The notes: a model not told the origin generated them from the sequence alone. Shown: positions 54,073 through 63,937, counted from the stretch's first letter. The stretch: DNA of 64,000 bases from an uncultured Gemmatimonadales bacterium (GCA_963816355.1 CAWFKH010000003.1:320001-384000), one strand, 5' to 3'. Numbers and translations are program-made.

Positions 54073-55521
54073 TCAGTAGCTGCCGAGGTAGCGCTCAACC
54101 TCCCACTCGTGGACCTGGGCGGTGTAGTCGCGCCACTCCTGTTCCTTCGCCGCGACGAAGTGCTCGACGACGTGCGAGCCGAGGATCTCGCGCATGAGCG
54201 AGCTGCGGCGGAGCAGGGCGACCGCCTCGCCGAGGTCCTGCGGCAGCTCGTGGATCTTGTAGCGTCGCCGCTCGCGGACGGAGAGCGTGAAGATGTTCTT
54301 GTCGACCGGATCCGGCGGCTCGATCCGTCGCCGCACGCCGTCGAGGCCGGCGCCGAGCTGGACCGCGAGCGCGAGGTAGGGATTGGCGGAGGGGTCCGGC
54401 ATGCGCAACTCGAGGCGCGTTCCGTCCTGCCGGCGCGCCGGTACGCGGATCATCGGTGAACGGTTCCGGTGCGACCAGGCGACGTTCACGGGTGCCTCGA
54501 AGCCCGGAACGAGCCGCTTGTAGCTGTTCACCAGAGGGTTCGTGATCGCGCAGTAGCTCCGGGCGTGCTTCAGCAGACCGCCCGCGTACCACCGCATCAC
54601 CTTCGAGATCTCGTCCGGCGCCGCCGCGTCGTAGAAGGCGTTTCCCGCTTCGCCGAACAACGACTGGTGCGTGTGCATGCCGGAACCGTTGATGCCGAAG
54701 ATCGGCTTCGGCATGAACGTGGCGTGCAGGCCGTGCTGCAGCGCTACGTTGCGCACGACGAACTTGAACGTCGCGATGTTGTCCGCCGTCTCGAGGGCGT
54801 CCGCGTAGCGGAAGTCGATCTCGTGCTGCCCCGGCGCCACCTCGTGATGCGCCGCTTCCACCTCGAAGCTCATCATCTCCAGCGCGTTCACGATGTCGCG
54901 CCGCGCCACCTCGCCCAGGTCCACGGGCGTCAGGTCGAAATAGCCGCCGGAATCGTGCGTGAGCCGCGTCGGCTTGTCCTCCGTGCCGCGATGGAAGAGG
55001 AAGAACTCCGCCTCCACACCCGCCATCATCCGGTATCCGAGCGCCGCCGCCGCCCGCATCTGCCGCCGCAGAACCTGTCGGGGGTCACCCGAAAACGGCT
55101 CGCCGTCCGCCGTCATCACATCGCAGATCACGCGCGCGATCCGGTTCTCGGGATCGCCCCACGGGAAGACCGCGTACGTCGTCAGGTCCGGCGCCAGCAG
55201 CATGTCCGACTCTTCGATCCGGACGAATCCCTCGATCGAGGAGCCGTCGAAGAGGATGTCCCCCGCCAGCGCCTTGTCGAACTGGCTCGCGGGGACCTCC
55301 ACGTTCTTCACCGCGCCGGTGATGTCCGTGAACTGCAGGCGAAGAAAGCGGACGCCGCTCTCCTTCAGATCGGCCCGCACCTCCTCGATGCTCCGACCCG
55401 GCCGCGGACGGCTCGAGGCGGCCCCTCGCTTCACCTTGTACTCGGGGTCCACCTCCCCCACCGGCCGCCGCGATCCGCCACCCGACCCGCGCCGAGACCG
55501 CTTCTTGCCTTCACTGCCCAT
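54073..55521 (-). CDS. glnA: glutamine synthetase type I
   Basis: LQFTDI.G..K, FDGSSIEGF, EAEFFLF, HHEVAPGQHEIDF, TFMPKP, NGSGMH, NSYKRLVPGFEAP, RNRS, ELRMPDPSANPY. Confidence 0.96.
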   Translation of the reverse strand: MGSEGKKRSRRGSGGGSRRPVGEVDPEYKVKRGAASSRPRPGRSIEEVRADLKESGVRFLRLQFTDITGAVKNVEVPASQFDKALAGDILFDGSSIEGFVRIEESDMLLAPDLTTYAVFPWGDPENRIARVICDVMTADGEPFSGDPRQVLRRQMRAAAALGYRMMAGVEAEFFLFHRGTEDKPTRLTHDSGGYFDLTPVDLGEVARRDIVNALEMMSFEVEAAHHEVAPGQHEIDFRYADALETADNIATFKFVVRNVALQHGLHATFMPKPIFGINGSGMHTHQSLFGEAGNAFYDAAAPDEISKVMRWYAGGLLKHARSYCAITNPLVNSYKRLVPGFEAPVNVAWSHRNRSPMIRVPARRQDGTRLELRMPDPSANPYLALAVQLGAGLDGVRRRIEPPDPVDKNIFTLSVRERRRYKIHELPQDLGEAVALLRRSSLMREILGSHVVEHFVAAKEQEWRDYTAQVHEWEVERYLGSY

Positions 55522-55566
55522 GCCTCGTCGTCCATCTGAGGAAACCCGCCGCCGCCGCTCGACCCG

Positions 55567-55595
55567 AGCGTAGTCGCCCACCCACCCACGGTCAA
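55567..55595 (-). promoter_or_regulatory. sigma70 promoter of glnA
   Basis: TTGACC-N17-TACGCT on the minus strand. Confidence 0.65.
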
Positions 55596-55600
55596 GCACG

Positions 55601-55632
55601 AAAAAAGGGCCGGATCCCCCGGATCCCGCCCT
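55601..55632 (-). terminator. intrinsic terminator of the Fur-family gene
   Basis: AGGGCGGGATCC-GGG-GGATCCGGCCCT followed by a U-tract on the minus strand. Confidence 0.8.
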
Positions 55633-55686
55633 CCACCATCGTTCCCGCCGGCCAACCGGCCCGCCGCCGCGACGTGCGGCGCCTCG

Positions 55687-56172
55687 CTATGCCGGCATCC
55701 GCTCCGCACCCGCGCCACACCCTTCGCAAACGCCCACGAGCTCCAGACGGTACCCCTCGACCGCGAAGCCGTCCACCGGTCCCAGCCGCCGTACCAGCGT
55801 CGGATCCAGTCGGCCGGGCACGTCCAGCACCGCGCCGCACTGCAGGCAACGCGCGTGGTGATGCGGGTCCGTACGGCCGTCGTAGCGCGCAGAACCGTCG
55901 CCGTACGTAAGCTTGCGCGCGAGACCGCACCCCACCAGCGTCTCCAGCGACTTGTACACCGTCGCCAGCGAGATGTCCGGGATCTCCGAACGCACCGACG
56001 TGAAGACATCGTCCGCCGTCGGGTGACTCGTCGTCCCCCGAAGGCAACGATACACCGCCGCCCGCTGCTCCGTGAAGCGCTGGCCACTCGACTCGAGCGC
56101 CCGCCGCAGCACGCCGTCGAGCTCCTCCACGCGGACCCCTTCGCCCGCCTTCACGACATCTCCTGCGTGCAT
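55687..56172 (-). CDS. Fur-family transcriptional regulator (PerR-like)
   Basis: RFTEQR, HPTADDVF, ISLATVYKSL, RYDG, HHHARCLQCG, GVCEGC; start uncertain. Confidence 0.93.
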   Translation of the reverse strand: MHAGDVVKAGEGVRVEELDGVLRRALESSGQRFTEQRAAVYRCLRGTTSHPTADDVFTSVRSEIPDISLATVYKSLETLVGCGLARKLTYGDGSARYDGRTDPHHHARCLQCGAVLDVPGRLDPTLVRRLGPVDGFAVEGYRLELVGVCEGCGAGAERMPA

Positions 56173-56213
56173 TCCACCGCTCCCATGCTCGCCTGCCGGA
56201 CCTCTCGACCCTA

Positions 56214-56260
56214 AGCTTAACCGAGGCGCGGGAAGGCTGTCAATAGCAATTCTCACTTTC
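56214..56260 (-). promoter_or_regulatory. fur promoter with adjacent Fur-box-like operator
   Basis: TTGACA-N18-TAAGCT; GAAAGTGAGAATTGCTATT (56242-56260) matches 12/19 of GATAATGATAATCATTATC. Confidence 0.65.
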
Positions 56261-56274
56261 CAGAAGGACACGCC

Positions 56275-56718
56275 ATGGACCAGGACACGCGCGGGGCCGG
56301 CGTCGATACGCCGCCGCAGAGCGGCCCGGTGATCGTCGCGCTGGTGGCGGATCTGCTCTTCGCGTCACGCATCCGGGGGACCGCGGCGCTGGTGGGCGCG
56401 CGGGTGCAGGTGGTCCAGAAGGGGGCGGCGCTGTGGGACGCGGTGGAGCGGGCGAGGCCGGCGTTGGTGCTGGTGGATCTCGGGGCGCGGGAGGATGCCG
56501 TCGACGTGATACGGCGGCTGAAGGCGTCGCCGGGGCCCGCGGCGCCGCGCGTGGTGGCGTTCGGGTCGCACGTGGCGGAGGAGGCGTTGCGGGCAGCGCG
56601 TGACGCGGGAGCGGATCGCGTTCTTGCACGCTCGGCGTTCGTGCGGGTGCTGCCTTCGCTGTTGGCGGGAGAGCTGGACGGCGAGGACGCGCTCAGGCGG
56701 CGTCCGCCTCCTCCTTGA
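56275..56718 (+). CDS. single-domain atypical receiver protein
   Basis: VADLLFASRI, LVLVDL, VVAFGSHV, ARDAGADRVLARSAF (conserved Lys absent). Confidence 0.8.
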   Translation: MDQDTRGAGVDTPPQSGPVIVALVADLLFASRIRGTAALVGARVQVVQKGAALWDAVERARPALVLVDLGAREDAVDVIRRLKASPGPAAPRVVAFGSHVAEEALRAARDAGADRVLARSAFVRVLPSLLAGELDGEDALRRRPPPP

Positions 56719-57085
56719 GCTTGCAGTCGAGGCAGTAGCGAGCGTGGGGTAGCGCGTCAAGGCGCTCGAAGTCGATGAGCTTTCCACAGGCGTGGCAGAA
56801 GCCGAACTTCTCGGGCTCCTTGTACAGGCGGCGGAGCGCCTCCTCGATGCGATAGAGGTAACGGCCCTCCTTGCTGGCGAAGAGGAGCATCTTCTCGCGC
56901 TCCATCGCGTCGGTGCCGAGGTCGGCAATGTGGTCCGAATAGGAATACAGGTCGGAGTCGGCCTGCTCCGCGAAGACCTTGGCCAACTCGTCGAAGCGGC
57001 CGAGCGAACGGAGGGCACGCTCGCGCTCGCGCAGGAGCCGCTTCTGCAGGTGCTCGATCTGCTTCTTCGTGAGCTTCTTCGCCAT
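56693..57085 (-). CDS. DksA/TraR-family C4 zinc finger protein
   Basis: HIADLGTDAMERE, IEEALRR, FGFCHACG..I..ERLDALP.ARYCLDC. Confidence 0.92.
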   Translation of the reverse strand: MAKKLTKKQIEHLQKRLLRERERALRSLGRFDELAKVFAEQADSDLYSYSDHIADLGTDAMEREKMLLFASKEGRYLYRIEEALRRLYKEPEKFGFCHACGKLIDFERLDALPHARYCLDCKLKEEADAA

Positions 57086-57182
57086 CGCTACTAACGGCTG
57101 CCTTCCAAGGAGTCGGGGACCGGCATGAACGCCACGCCGGTGGCGAATCAGGCGTCCACATGGTTGCGGATCCAAACGTGAA

Positions 57183-57211
57183 AAGATAGCCGAGGCGGTG
57201 CGCTCCGACAA
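57183..57211 (-). promoter_or_regulatory. putative sigma70 promoter of the dksA-like gene
   Basis: TTGTCG-N17-TATCTT on the minus strand. Confidence 0.55.
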
Positions 57212-57333
57212 CCCGAGCGCAGGGAGCGCGGTTCGCGTGCCGGGCTCCGCGCCTTCCGCCCCCTGGAGGAGGAAGTTCCGGCCGCCCGGCCGGCACGCAC
57301 GCGCTGCGTGCCCGTCGCGTGCCACGTGTGTCT

Positions 57334-57363
57334 TTGCGGGTCCCGGCAGGGGCGGACTATCTT
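57334..57363 (+). promoter_or_regulatory. putative sigma70 promoter of acs
   Basis: TTGCGG-N18-TATCTT. Confidence 0.55.
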
Positions 57364-57404
57364 GGCGGTCGAGTGCGGCGCGGAACCAATCCGGAGGTGG
57401 GTAC

Positions 57405-59354
57405 ATGTCCGCGAAGGAGCAGGCGTTCGAGGCGTTGTTGGAGGAGAGCAGGCGTTTCGAGCCGCCGGAGGAGTTCCGGCGCCAGGCGAACGCATCCGAC
57501 CCGGGGATCTACGAGGAAGCGCGGAAGGATCCGGAGTCGTTCTGGGCGGGCTGGGCGGAGCAGCTCGACTGGTTCACGCCGTGGAGCCGGGTGTTGCGCT
57601 GGGAGCCGCCGCAGGCGGAGTGGTTCGTGGGCGGCAAGCTGAACGCGTCCTACAACTGCCTGGACCGTCATCTCGACGGCGCGCGGCGCAACAAGGCCGC
57701 GCTGATCTGGGAGGGCGAGGGCGGGGATCGCCGGGTGTTCACGTACTGGGACCTCCACCGCGAGGTGTCGAAGTTCGCGAACGTGCTGAAGGGGCTGGGC
57801 GTGGGGAAGGGGGACCGGGTCGCGATCTACCTGCCGATGATCCCGGAGGCGGCGGTCGCGATGCTCGCCTGCTCGCGGATCGGCGCGCCCCACTCCGTCG
57901 TCTTCGGTGGCTTCTCGGCCGACAGCCTGCGCGACCGCATCAACGACGCGGAGGCACGGGTGCTGGTGACGGCGGACGGGGGATACCGCCGCGGGCGTCC
58001 GGTGGCGTTGAAGGAGAACGCGGATCGAGCGCTGGAGGACACGCCCTCGATCGAGAAGGTGGTGGTGGTGCGCCGGGGCGCGGGGCTCGATGCGCCGGTG
58101 CACATGAAGGAGGGGCGGGACCTCTGGTACCACGACCTGATGGAGCACGCCGCGGCGCGCTGCGAGCCGGAGCCGATGGACTCGGAGGACATCCTCTACA
58201 TCCTGTACACGTCCGGTACGACCGGAAAGCCGAAGGGCGTCGTCCACACCACGGGCGGCTACCTGACGCACGTCTACGCGACGACGCGCCTCGTCTTCGA
58301 CCTGAAGGAGTCGGACGTCTACTGGTGCACCGCGGACGTCGGCTGGGTGACGGGCCACAGCTACATCGTCTACGGACCGCTCGCGAACGGGGCGACGACG
58401 CTGATGTACGAGGGCGCGCCGGACTGGCCGGACCGCGGCCGCTTCTGGAGCCTGGTCGAGCGCTACGGCGTGAGCGTCTTCTACACGGCGCCCACGGCGA
58501 TCCGCGCCTTCATGCGCTGGGGCACGGAGTGGCCGGCGAAGGCGGACCTGTCGACGCTGCGTCTGCTGGGCACGGTCGGCGAGCCGATCAACCCGGAAGC
58601 GTGGATGTGGTACCACGAGCACATCGGGCACGAGCGCTGCCCGATCGTCGACACGTGGTGGCAGACGGAAACCGGCGGCATCATGATCACGCCGCTGCCG
58701 GGGATCACGACAACGGTGCCGGGCAGCGCGACGGTGCCGTTCCCCGGCGTGAGCGCGGACGTCCTGAACAACGAGGGGAACGCCGTACAGGCGGGCTACC
58801 TCGCGCTGACGCGGCCGTGGCCGGGCATGCTCCGGACCGTGTGGCGCGACGAGGAGCGCTTCCGCCAGCAGTACTGGTCGAAGTGGCCCGAGATCTACTT
58901 TCCGGGCGACGGCGCGAAACGCACCGACGACGGCTACTACTGGATCCTCGGCCGCGTCGACGACGTGCTCAACGTGGCCGGCCACCGCATTGGCACGATG
59001 GAGGTCGAGAGCGCGCTCGTCGACCACAAGAAGGTCGCCGAGGCGGCGGTCGTCGGGAAGGCGGACGAGATGAAGGGGCAGGCGATCGCCGCGTTCGTGA
59101 CGCTGAAGGAGGCGATCGAGCCGTCCGACGCGCTGAAGGAGGAGCTGCGTCAGCACGTCGCGGACAAGATCGGCGCGATCGCGCGCCCGGATGTGATCCT
59201 GTTCGCGGCGGACCTCCCGAAGACGCGCTCCGGCAAGATCATGCGCCGGCTGCTCCGCGACATCGCGGAAGGACGGGCGCTGGGTGACACGACGACGCTC
59301 GCGGACCCGGCGGTCGTCGCGCGCCTGAAGACGGAGTACGAGGGAAGGGAGTAG
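57405..59354 (+). CDS. acs: acetate--CoA ligase
   Basis: [70 protein letters not shown]. Confidence 0.97.
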   Translation: MSAKEQAFEALLEESRRFEPPEEFRRQANASDPGIYEEARKDPESFWAGWAEQLDWFTPWSRVLRWEPPQAEWFVGGKLNASYNCLDRHLDGARRNKAALIWEGEGGDRRVFTYWDLHREVSKFANVLKGLGVGKGDRVAIYLPMIPEAAVAMLACSRIGAPHSVVFGGFSADSLRDRINDAEARVLVTADGGYRRGRPVALKENADRALEDTPSIEKVVVVRRGAGLDAPVHMKEGRDLWYHDLMEHAAARCEPEPMDSEDILYILYTSGTTGKPKGVVHTTGGYLTHVYATTRLVFDLKESDVYWCTADVGWVTGHSYIVYGPLANGATTLMYEGAPDWPDRGRFWSLVERYGVSVFYTAPTAIRAFMRWGTEWPAKADLSTLRLLGTVGEPINPEAWMWYHEHIGHERCPIVDTWWQTETGGIMITPLPGITTTVPGSATVPFPGVSADVLNNEGNAVQAGYLALTRPWPGMLRTVWRDEERFRQQYWSKWPEIYFPGDGAKRTDDGYYWILGRVDDVLNVAGHRIGTMEVESALVDHKKVAEAAVVGKADEMKGQAIAAFVTLKEAIEPSDALKEELRQHVADKIGAIARPDVILFAADLPKTRSGKIMRRLLRDIAEGRALGDTTTLADPAVVARLKTEYEGRE

Positions 59355-59362
59355 CGGCGCGA

Positions 59363-60325
59363 TCAGCGCGTGCTCGGCACGGCGAGGAGGAGCGCGTAGA
59401 GCGACTCCGTGTCCGTGGCCCACTCCACGACGTCGAGCTGTGCCTCCGCGAGGAGCCGCTCGAGCCCCGGGCGGTCGTACTTCGTGCTGATCTCGGTGCG
59501 GATCGCCTCGCCCTCGTCGAGCCGCAGCGGCGCGAGGCCCGGGATGTGGATCACCTGCGCGTGCCGCGACACCAGGTGCATCTCGACGCGGCCGGCGCCG
59601 GCGTCGTAGCGGGCGCGGTGGTCGAAGGCGAGCGGATCGAAGTCGGCGCCGAAGGTGCGGTTCACGACGCGCAGCATGTTCCGGTTGAACTCCGCGGTCA
59701 CGCCCTGGCGGTCGTTGTAGGCGGCGTCGAGTCGCGCGGGGTCCTTCTTCAGATCGGCGCCGAGCAGCAGCCGGTCCGGCGCCCGCATGTGGGAGCGGAC
59801 GCCGGCGAGCAGGCGTGAGGCGGCGTCGCCGTCGAAGTTGCCGAGCGTGCTTCCGAGGAAGGCGAAGAGCGCGGGTCGCTCCAGGTCCGGCGGCACGGGC
59901 AGCGGCTTCGTCAGGTCGGCGACGATCGGCTGCACCCGCAGCGACGCGTAGGAGCGCCGCAGCCGTCGGCCGGTCTCCTCCAGGAACGCCGCCGAAACAT
60001 CGATGGGCAGGTAGAGCGCGTCCGGCGTGACGCGGGTCAGGGCGTCGAGCAGGATGCGCGTCTTTTCGGCGCTGCCGGCGCCCAGCTCGATGAGGGAGCG
60101 CGGGGCCAGGTGTCGCACCCACGCCGCGCCGGCATCGCGCAGCAGCGCGCGCTCCGTCCGCGTCAGGTAGTACTCCGGCAACGCGGTGATGCGCTCGAAG
60201 AGGCGGGAGCCGACCTCGTCGTAGAAGTAGCGCGGTGGGATCTCGCGTGGCCGGCGGTCGAGCGCCTCGCCGAGCTCGTCGAGGAGCACCGCCTGCGCCG
60301 ACTGTACCCGGGAATCGGACGTCAT
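59363..60325 (-). CDS. egtD: L-histidine N-alpha-trimethyltransferase
   Basis: PRYFYDEVGS.LF, LPEYYLTRTE, ELGAGSAEKT, FLGSTLGN, AYND..GVTAEFN.N, VEMHL, TEISTKY. Confidence 0.95.
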   Translation of the reverse strand: MTSDSRVQSAQAVLLDELGEALDRRPREIPPRYFYDEVGSRLFERITALPEYYLTRTERALLRDAGAAWVRHLAPRSLIELGAGSAEKTRILLDALTRVTPDALYLPIDVSAAFLEETGRRLRRSYASLRVQPIVADLTKPLPVPPDLERPALFAFLGSTLGNFDGDAASRLLAGVRSHMRAPDRLLLGADLKKDPARLDAAYNDRQGVTAEFNRNMLRVVNRTFGADFDPLAFDHRARYDAGAGRVEMHLVSRHAQVIHIPGLAPLRLDEGEAIRTEISTKYDRPGLERLLAEAQLDVVEWATDTESLYALLLAVPSTR

Positions 60326-60357
60326 GCTCGATCGCCGCAAGGGGAAAAGGGGCGCGC

Positions 60358-60387
60358 AATCTATCCACGGCCGTCTGCGGCGGGCAA
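60358..60387 (-). promoter_or_regulatory. putative sigma70 promoter of egtD
   Basis: TTGCCC-N18-TAGATT on the minus strand. Confidence 0.5.
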
Positions 60388-60424
60388 ACCGCCCCGGCAC
60401 TCGGTTCGGTTCCGCGCGGGCCGC

Positions 60425-61165
60425 ATGAGCGGCGAGCCGGTTCTCGAGGCGTCACGCGTCGCGAAGCGCTATCGCGACACGGTCGCTCTCGACGACGTCT
60501 CCCTCCGCGTCGCGGCCGGCGAGCTCGTCGCGCTCGTCGGGGAGAGCGGCTCCGGCAAGACGACGCTGCTACGCTGCTTCAACGCCATGGTCCGGCCCGA
60601 CGGCGGCCGCGTCCGCGTGGCGGGGCGCGACGTCGCGACCGCCGACCCGGTGGCGCTGCGACGCAGCATCGGCTACGTGCCGCAGGACGGCGGCTTGCTG
60701 CCGCACTGGAGCGTGCTGCGCAACGCGGGAATGGTGCCGTGGCTCCGCGGTGACGACGGCGAGCGCGCCGCCACGCGCGCGCTGGCGCTCGTCGGGCTCG
60801 ATCCGGACCGCTTCGCCGCGCGCCACCCGAAGCAGCTCTCGGGAGGGCAGCGCCAGCGCGTGGCGATCGCGCGGGCACTCGCCGCGAATCCCGCCATCGT
60901 CCTCCTCGACGAGCCGTTCGGCGCCCTCGACGCGATCACGCGCGCCGAGCTGCGCGATGCCTTCTCGGCGCTGCGCCGCCGCCTCGCGATTACCGCGCTG
61001 CTCGTCACCCACGACCTCGCCGAGGCGCTCGCCCTGGCCGACCGCGTCGCGGTGCTGCGCGCCGGCCGACTCGAGCAGCTCGCGGCGCCCACCGCGCTGA
61101 CCGCTTCGCCGGCTTCGGAGTACGTCTCGCGCCTGCTGCGGACCGCCGGGGTGGCGCACCAGTGA
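60425..61165 (+). CDS. quaternary-amine (Opu/EgtV-like) ABC transporter ATP-binding subunit
   Basis: GESGSGKTT, LRRSIGYVPQ..GLLPHW, LSGGQRQRV, LLDEPFGALD, VTHD. Confidence 0.92.
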   Translation: MSGEPVLEASRVAKRYRDTVALDDVSLRVAAGELVALVGESGSGKTTLLRCFNAMVRPDGGRVRVAGRDVATADPVALRRSIGYVPQDGGLLPHWSVLRNAGMVPWLRGDDGERAATRALALVGLDPDRFAARHPKQLSGGQRQRVAIARALAANPAIVLLDEPFGALDAITRAELRDAFSALRRRLAITALLVTHDLAEALALADRVAVLRAGRLEQLAAPTALTASPASEYVSRLLRTAGVAHQ

Positions 61166-62922
61166 GCGGAGAGCGCTTCGCCCGCAGGCGCGGTGGCGTC
61201 GTCGCGAGCGGCGCTGTCATCCTCGCGTCGCTGGCCAGCGCCTCGCCGGCGGCCGCGGTCGCGTCCGCTCCCGCGCCGTCCCGCGACGCCCCTCCCATCG
61301 GCGTCGCGCCGGCCGCGGCTCGCGCGCGCGGCGCGCCGCCCCGCGCGCAGGAGGAGGGCCGCGCGGTCATCGTCGCGTCGAAGCCGTTCGCGGAGTCGTA
61401 CCTGCTGGCGGAGATGTTCGCGCAGCTACTGGAGGCGCGGGGCTTCGCCGTCGACCGGCGGGCGGGTCTCGGCGCGACGGAGATCAGCTTCGGCGCGCTG
61501 CGCGAGGGCGCGATCGACGTGTATCCGGAGTACACGGGAACCGGCCTCGTCGCGATCCTCGGCGAGGCGCCGAGCGCGGATCCGCGCTCGGTGTTCCGCC
61601 GCGTGTCGGGGGAGTTCGAACGACGCTGGGGCGTGCGCTGGCTGCCCCCGCTCGGCTTTCAGAACACCTACGCGATCGCGGTTCGCCGCGAGACGGCGCG
61701 CCGCTATCACCTGCGCACGCTCAGCGACCTGGCGCGCGTGGCGCCCCGCCTGACGGCCGGCTTCTCGCCGGACTTTCTCGGCCGCAGCGACGGACTGCCC
61801 GGCCTGCGGTACGCCTACGGCCTCCGCTTCGCGGGCGTCCGCTCGCTGCTGCAGGCCGTGAAGTACCGCGCCATCGCCGCCGGCCGCGTCGACGTCATCG
61901 ACGGCTACTCGACCGACGGCGCCATCGCCCGCTACGACCTCGTGGTCCTGCAGGACGACCGCGGCTTCTTCCCCGCCTACGAGGCCGCGCCGCTCCTCAG
62001 CGCCGCCGCGGCCCGGCGGCCGGGCGTCGTCGCCGCACTTTCGGAGCTCGGCGGCATGCTCGACGCCCCGCTCATGCGTCGGCTCAACGGTCGCGTCGAG
62101 GTCCAGGGCGAGGCGGTCGCGACGGTCGCCGCCGATGCGCTCGCGCAGCTCCGCCTCGTCCCGCCCGCCGGGGCGAGCGCCGGAACAGGGGGCCACGGCG
62201 GATCAGGAAGTGCGCCGCCGCCCGGCGATGCGGGCGGCGCGGTGGCGGCGCGACCCGCGCTGCCCGCTTACATGTGGAACCGGCGGACGACGCTGCTCCG
62301 CCTCGCCCGCCGCCACCTGCTGCTCGTCGCCGTTTCACTGGCCGCGGCCGTGGCCGTGGCGCTGCCGCTCGGGCTGCTGCTCGAGCGCGTGCGCGGCTCG
62401 GCGGAAACCGCCGTGCGCGCGATCGGGCTGCTGCAGACGATCCCCAGCATCGCCCTGCTCGCCTTCATGATCCCGATCTTCGGCATCGGCGTCTGGCCCG
62501 CGCTCGTCGCGCTCTTCCTCTACTCCCTCTATCCGATCGCCCGCAACACCTACAGCGGCGTGCGCGACGCGAGCCCCGCCGCCGTCGAGGCCGCGACGGC
62601 GCTCGGCATGACCCCGATGCAGCGCCTGCGCTACGTGCGGTTGCCGCTCGCCGCGCCCGTGATCATGGCCGGCATCCGCACCGCCGCCGTCATCGACGTC
62701 GGCACCGCGACGATGGCCGCCTTCATCGGCGCCGGCGGCCTCGGCGACCCGATCGTCGCCGGCCTCGCCCTCTCCGACACGACAATGGTGCTGTCCGGCG
62801 CCATTCCCGCCGCCGCGCTGGCCCTGCTCGTCGACGGCGCCCTCGCCGTCGTCGAGCGTCGCGTCCGCCCGCGCGGCGCCTTCAGCGAGGGCGAAGGCGC
62901 GGGTGGCGGAGGGCGCGGCTGA
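61162..62922 (+). CDS. fused substrate-binding + permease subunit of a betaine/choline/ergothioneine-type ABC transporter
   Basis: ASKPFAESYLL, YPEYTGT, GFQNTYA, YSTDG, DDRGFFPAY; then QTIPSIALLAF, EAA.ALGMT, IGAGGLG. Confidence 0.92.
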   Translation: MSGERFARRRGGVVASGAVILASLASASPAAAVASAPAPSRDAPPIGVAPAAARARGAPPRAQEEGRAVIVASKPFAESYLLAEMFAQLLEARGFAVDRRAGLGATEISFGALREGAIDVYPEYTGTGLVAILGEAPSADPRSVFRRVSGEFERRWGVRWLPPLGFQNTYAIAVRRETARRYHLRTLSDLARVAPRLTAGFSPDFLGRSDGLPGLRYAYGLRFAGVRSLLQAVKYRAIAAGRVDVIDGYSTDGAIARYDLVVLQDDRGFFPAYEAAPLLSAAAARRPGVVAALSELGGMLDAPLMRRLNGRVEVQGEAVATVAADALAQLRLVPPAGASAGTGGHGGSGSAPPPGDAGGAVAARPALPAYMWNRRTTLLRLARRHLLLVAVSLAAAVAVALPLGLLLERVRGSAETAVRAIGLLQTIPSIALLAFMIPIFGIGVWPALVALFLYSLYPIARNTYSGVRDASPAAVEAATALGMTPMQRLRYVRLPLAAPVIMAGIRTAAVIDVGTATMAAFIGAGGLGDPIVAGLALSDTTMVLSGAIPAAALALLVDGALAVVERRVRPRGAFSEGEGAGGGGRG

Positions 62923-62979
62923 CGCGTACGCCCGTCCGCTTCACCCATCCGCCTCGCTCACCGGGATCTCCGCCCCGGA

Positions 62980-63828
62980 TCACCCGCGCCCAGCCGCCGT
63001 CTCCTCGTCCGCAGCCAGCGGGTCCGGCGTCTGTGGATGCGAGGGCCGCTCCTCCGCCGGCGGCTTCCGGAACCGCGGCTTCGCCGGGATCCCGACCGCC
63101 ACCTCGCCGGACGGCACGTCTTTCGTCGCGAGTCCCAGCGCGCCCACCATCGCGTCCGCGTGCACGTGCACACCCGCCAGCACCGTCGCGTGATACGTGA
63201 TGCGGACACCATCACCGAGCACCGTCGTCGGCGCCTCCACGTCGCGCGCATCCGCCAGCGAGTGCGTGTGGCTGTAGATGTTCGCGTAGTCCGAGATGGA
63301 GACCCGATCGCCCAGGCGGATGCCGCCCCGGTCGTCGAGCAGGACGTGACGGTGGACGACGACGTCGTCGCCCACCTCCAGGTTGTAGCCGAAGGACAGC
63401 TTCACGAAGTGGAACGCCTTGAAGTTGCGGCCGCACCGCGCGAAGATCCGCTTCGCGAGCACGCGCCGAAACGCGATGCCGAGCTCCACGTTCTCGCCCA
63501 GCACGCTCTTGTCGAACATCTCCCACAGCCAGATCAACGGCTTCACCGCCCCGTAACGCCCTTCGTCGATCTCGGAATAGTATTCCGGCTCCAGCGTCAC
63601 GTTGCGCGGGTCCATCTGTAGCAGCGCGATGCGGGTCGGCTCCGGAAGCTCCTGCGGGTGCGCATCCCGGTACTGCGGGTAGTAGAGGTCCGTCAGCACG
63701 CGCCGACACAGCTCCCCACGGTCGCAGCCCGGGTCCGTGAGCTCCTCCTCGAGTCCCCCCAGCCATTTCCCGTACGACGCCCGCGTCTCGACGGGTATCG
63801 CTACCTTCTTCAGCGGGCGGAATTCCAT
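62980..63828 (-). CDS. hexapeptide-repeat (LbetaH) O-acyltransferase
   Basis: GGGAGG RBS; GYNLEVGDDVVVHRHVLLDDRGGIRLG, IYSHTH, VLAGVHV, ATKDVP....VGIPAK. Confidence 0.88.
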   Translation of the reverse strand: MEFRPLKKVAIPVETRASYGKWLGGLEEELTDPGCDRGELCRRVLTDLYYPQYRDAHPQELPEPTRIALLQMDPRNVTLEPEYYSEIDEGRYGAVKPLIWLWEMFDKSVLGENVELGIAFRRVLAKRIFARCGRNFKAFHFVKLSFGYNLEVGDDVVVHRHVLLDDRGGIRLGDRVSISDYANIYSHTHSLADARDVEAPTTVLGDGVRITYHATVLAGVHVHADAMVGALGLATKDVPSGEVAVGIPAKPRFRKPPAEERPSHPQTPDPLAADEETAAGRG

Positions 63829-63907
63829 CGCGCCTCCCATGCGTCCGTGCGGCCCCGCCGACGCCGGACGTGCCGGCCCCTGCGAGCCCTCTTCACCCGA
63901 ACGGGCC

Positions 63908-63937
63908 AAGCTAAGGCGGCCGGCCCGAGCCCGGCAA
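63908..63937 (-). promoter_or_regulatory. putative sigma70 promoter of the acyltransferase
   Basis: TTGCCG-N18-TAGCTT on the minus strand. Confidence 0.5.

Noticed and set aside
55522..55566. Glutamine riboswitch or ANTAR site in the glnA 5' UTR
   Set aside because: The UTR is short; only a weak CCTC/GAGG stem over the RBS is present
60381..60420. GGGCAAACC as a c-di-GMP-I riboswitch
   Set aside because: The second hairpin and tetraloop receptor are absent; the motif is explained by the egtD -35 box
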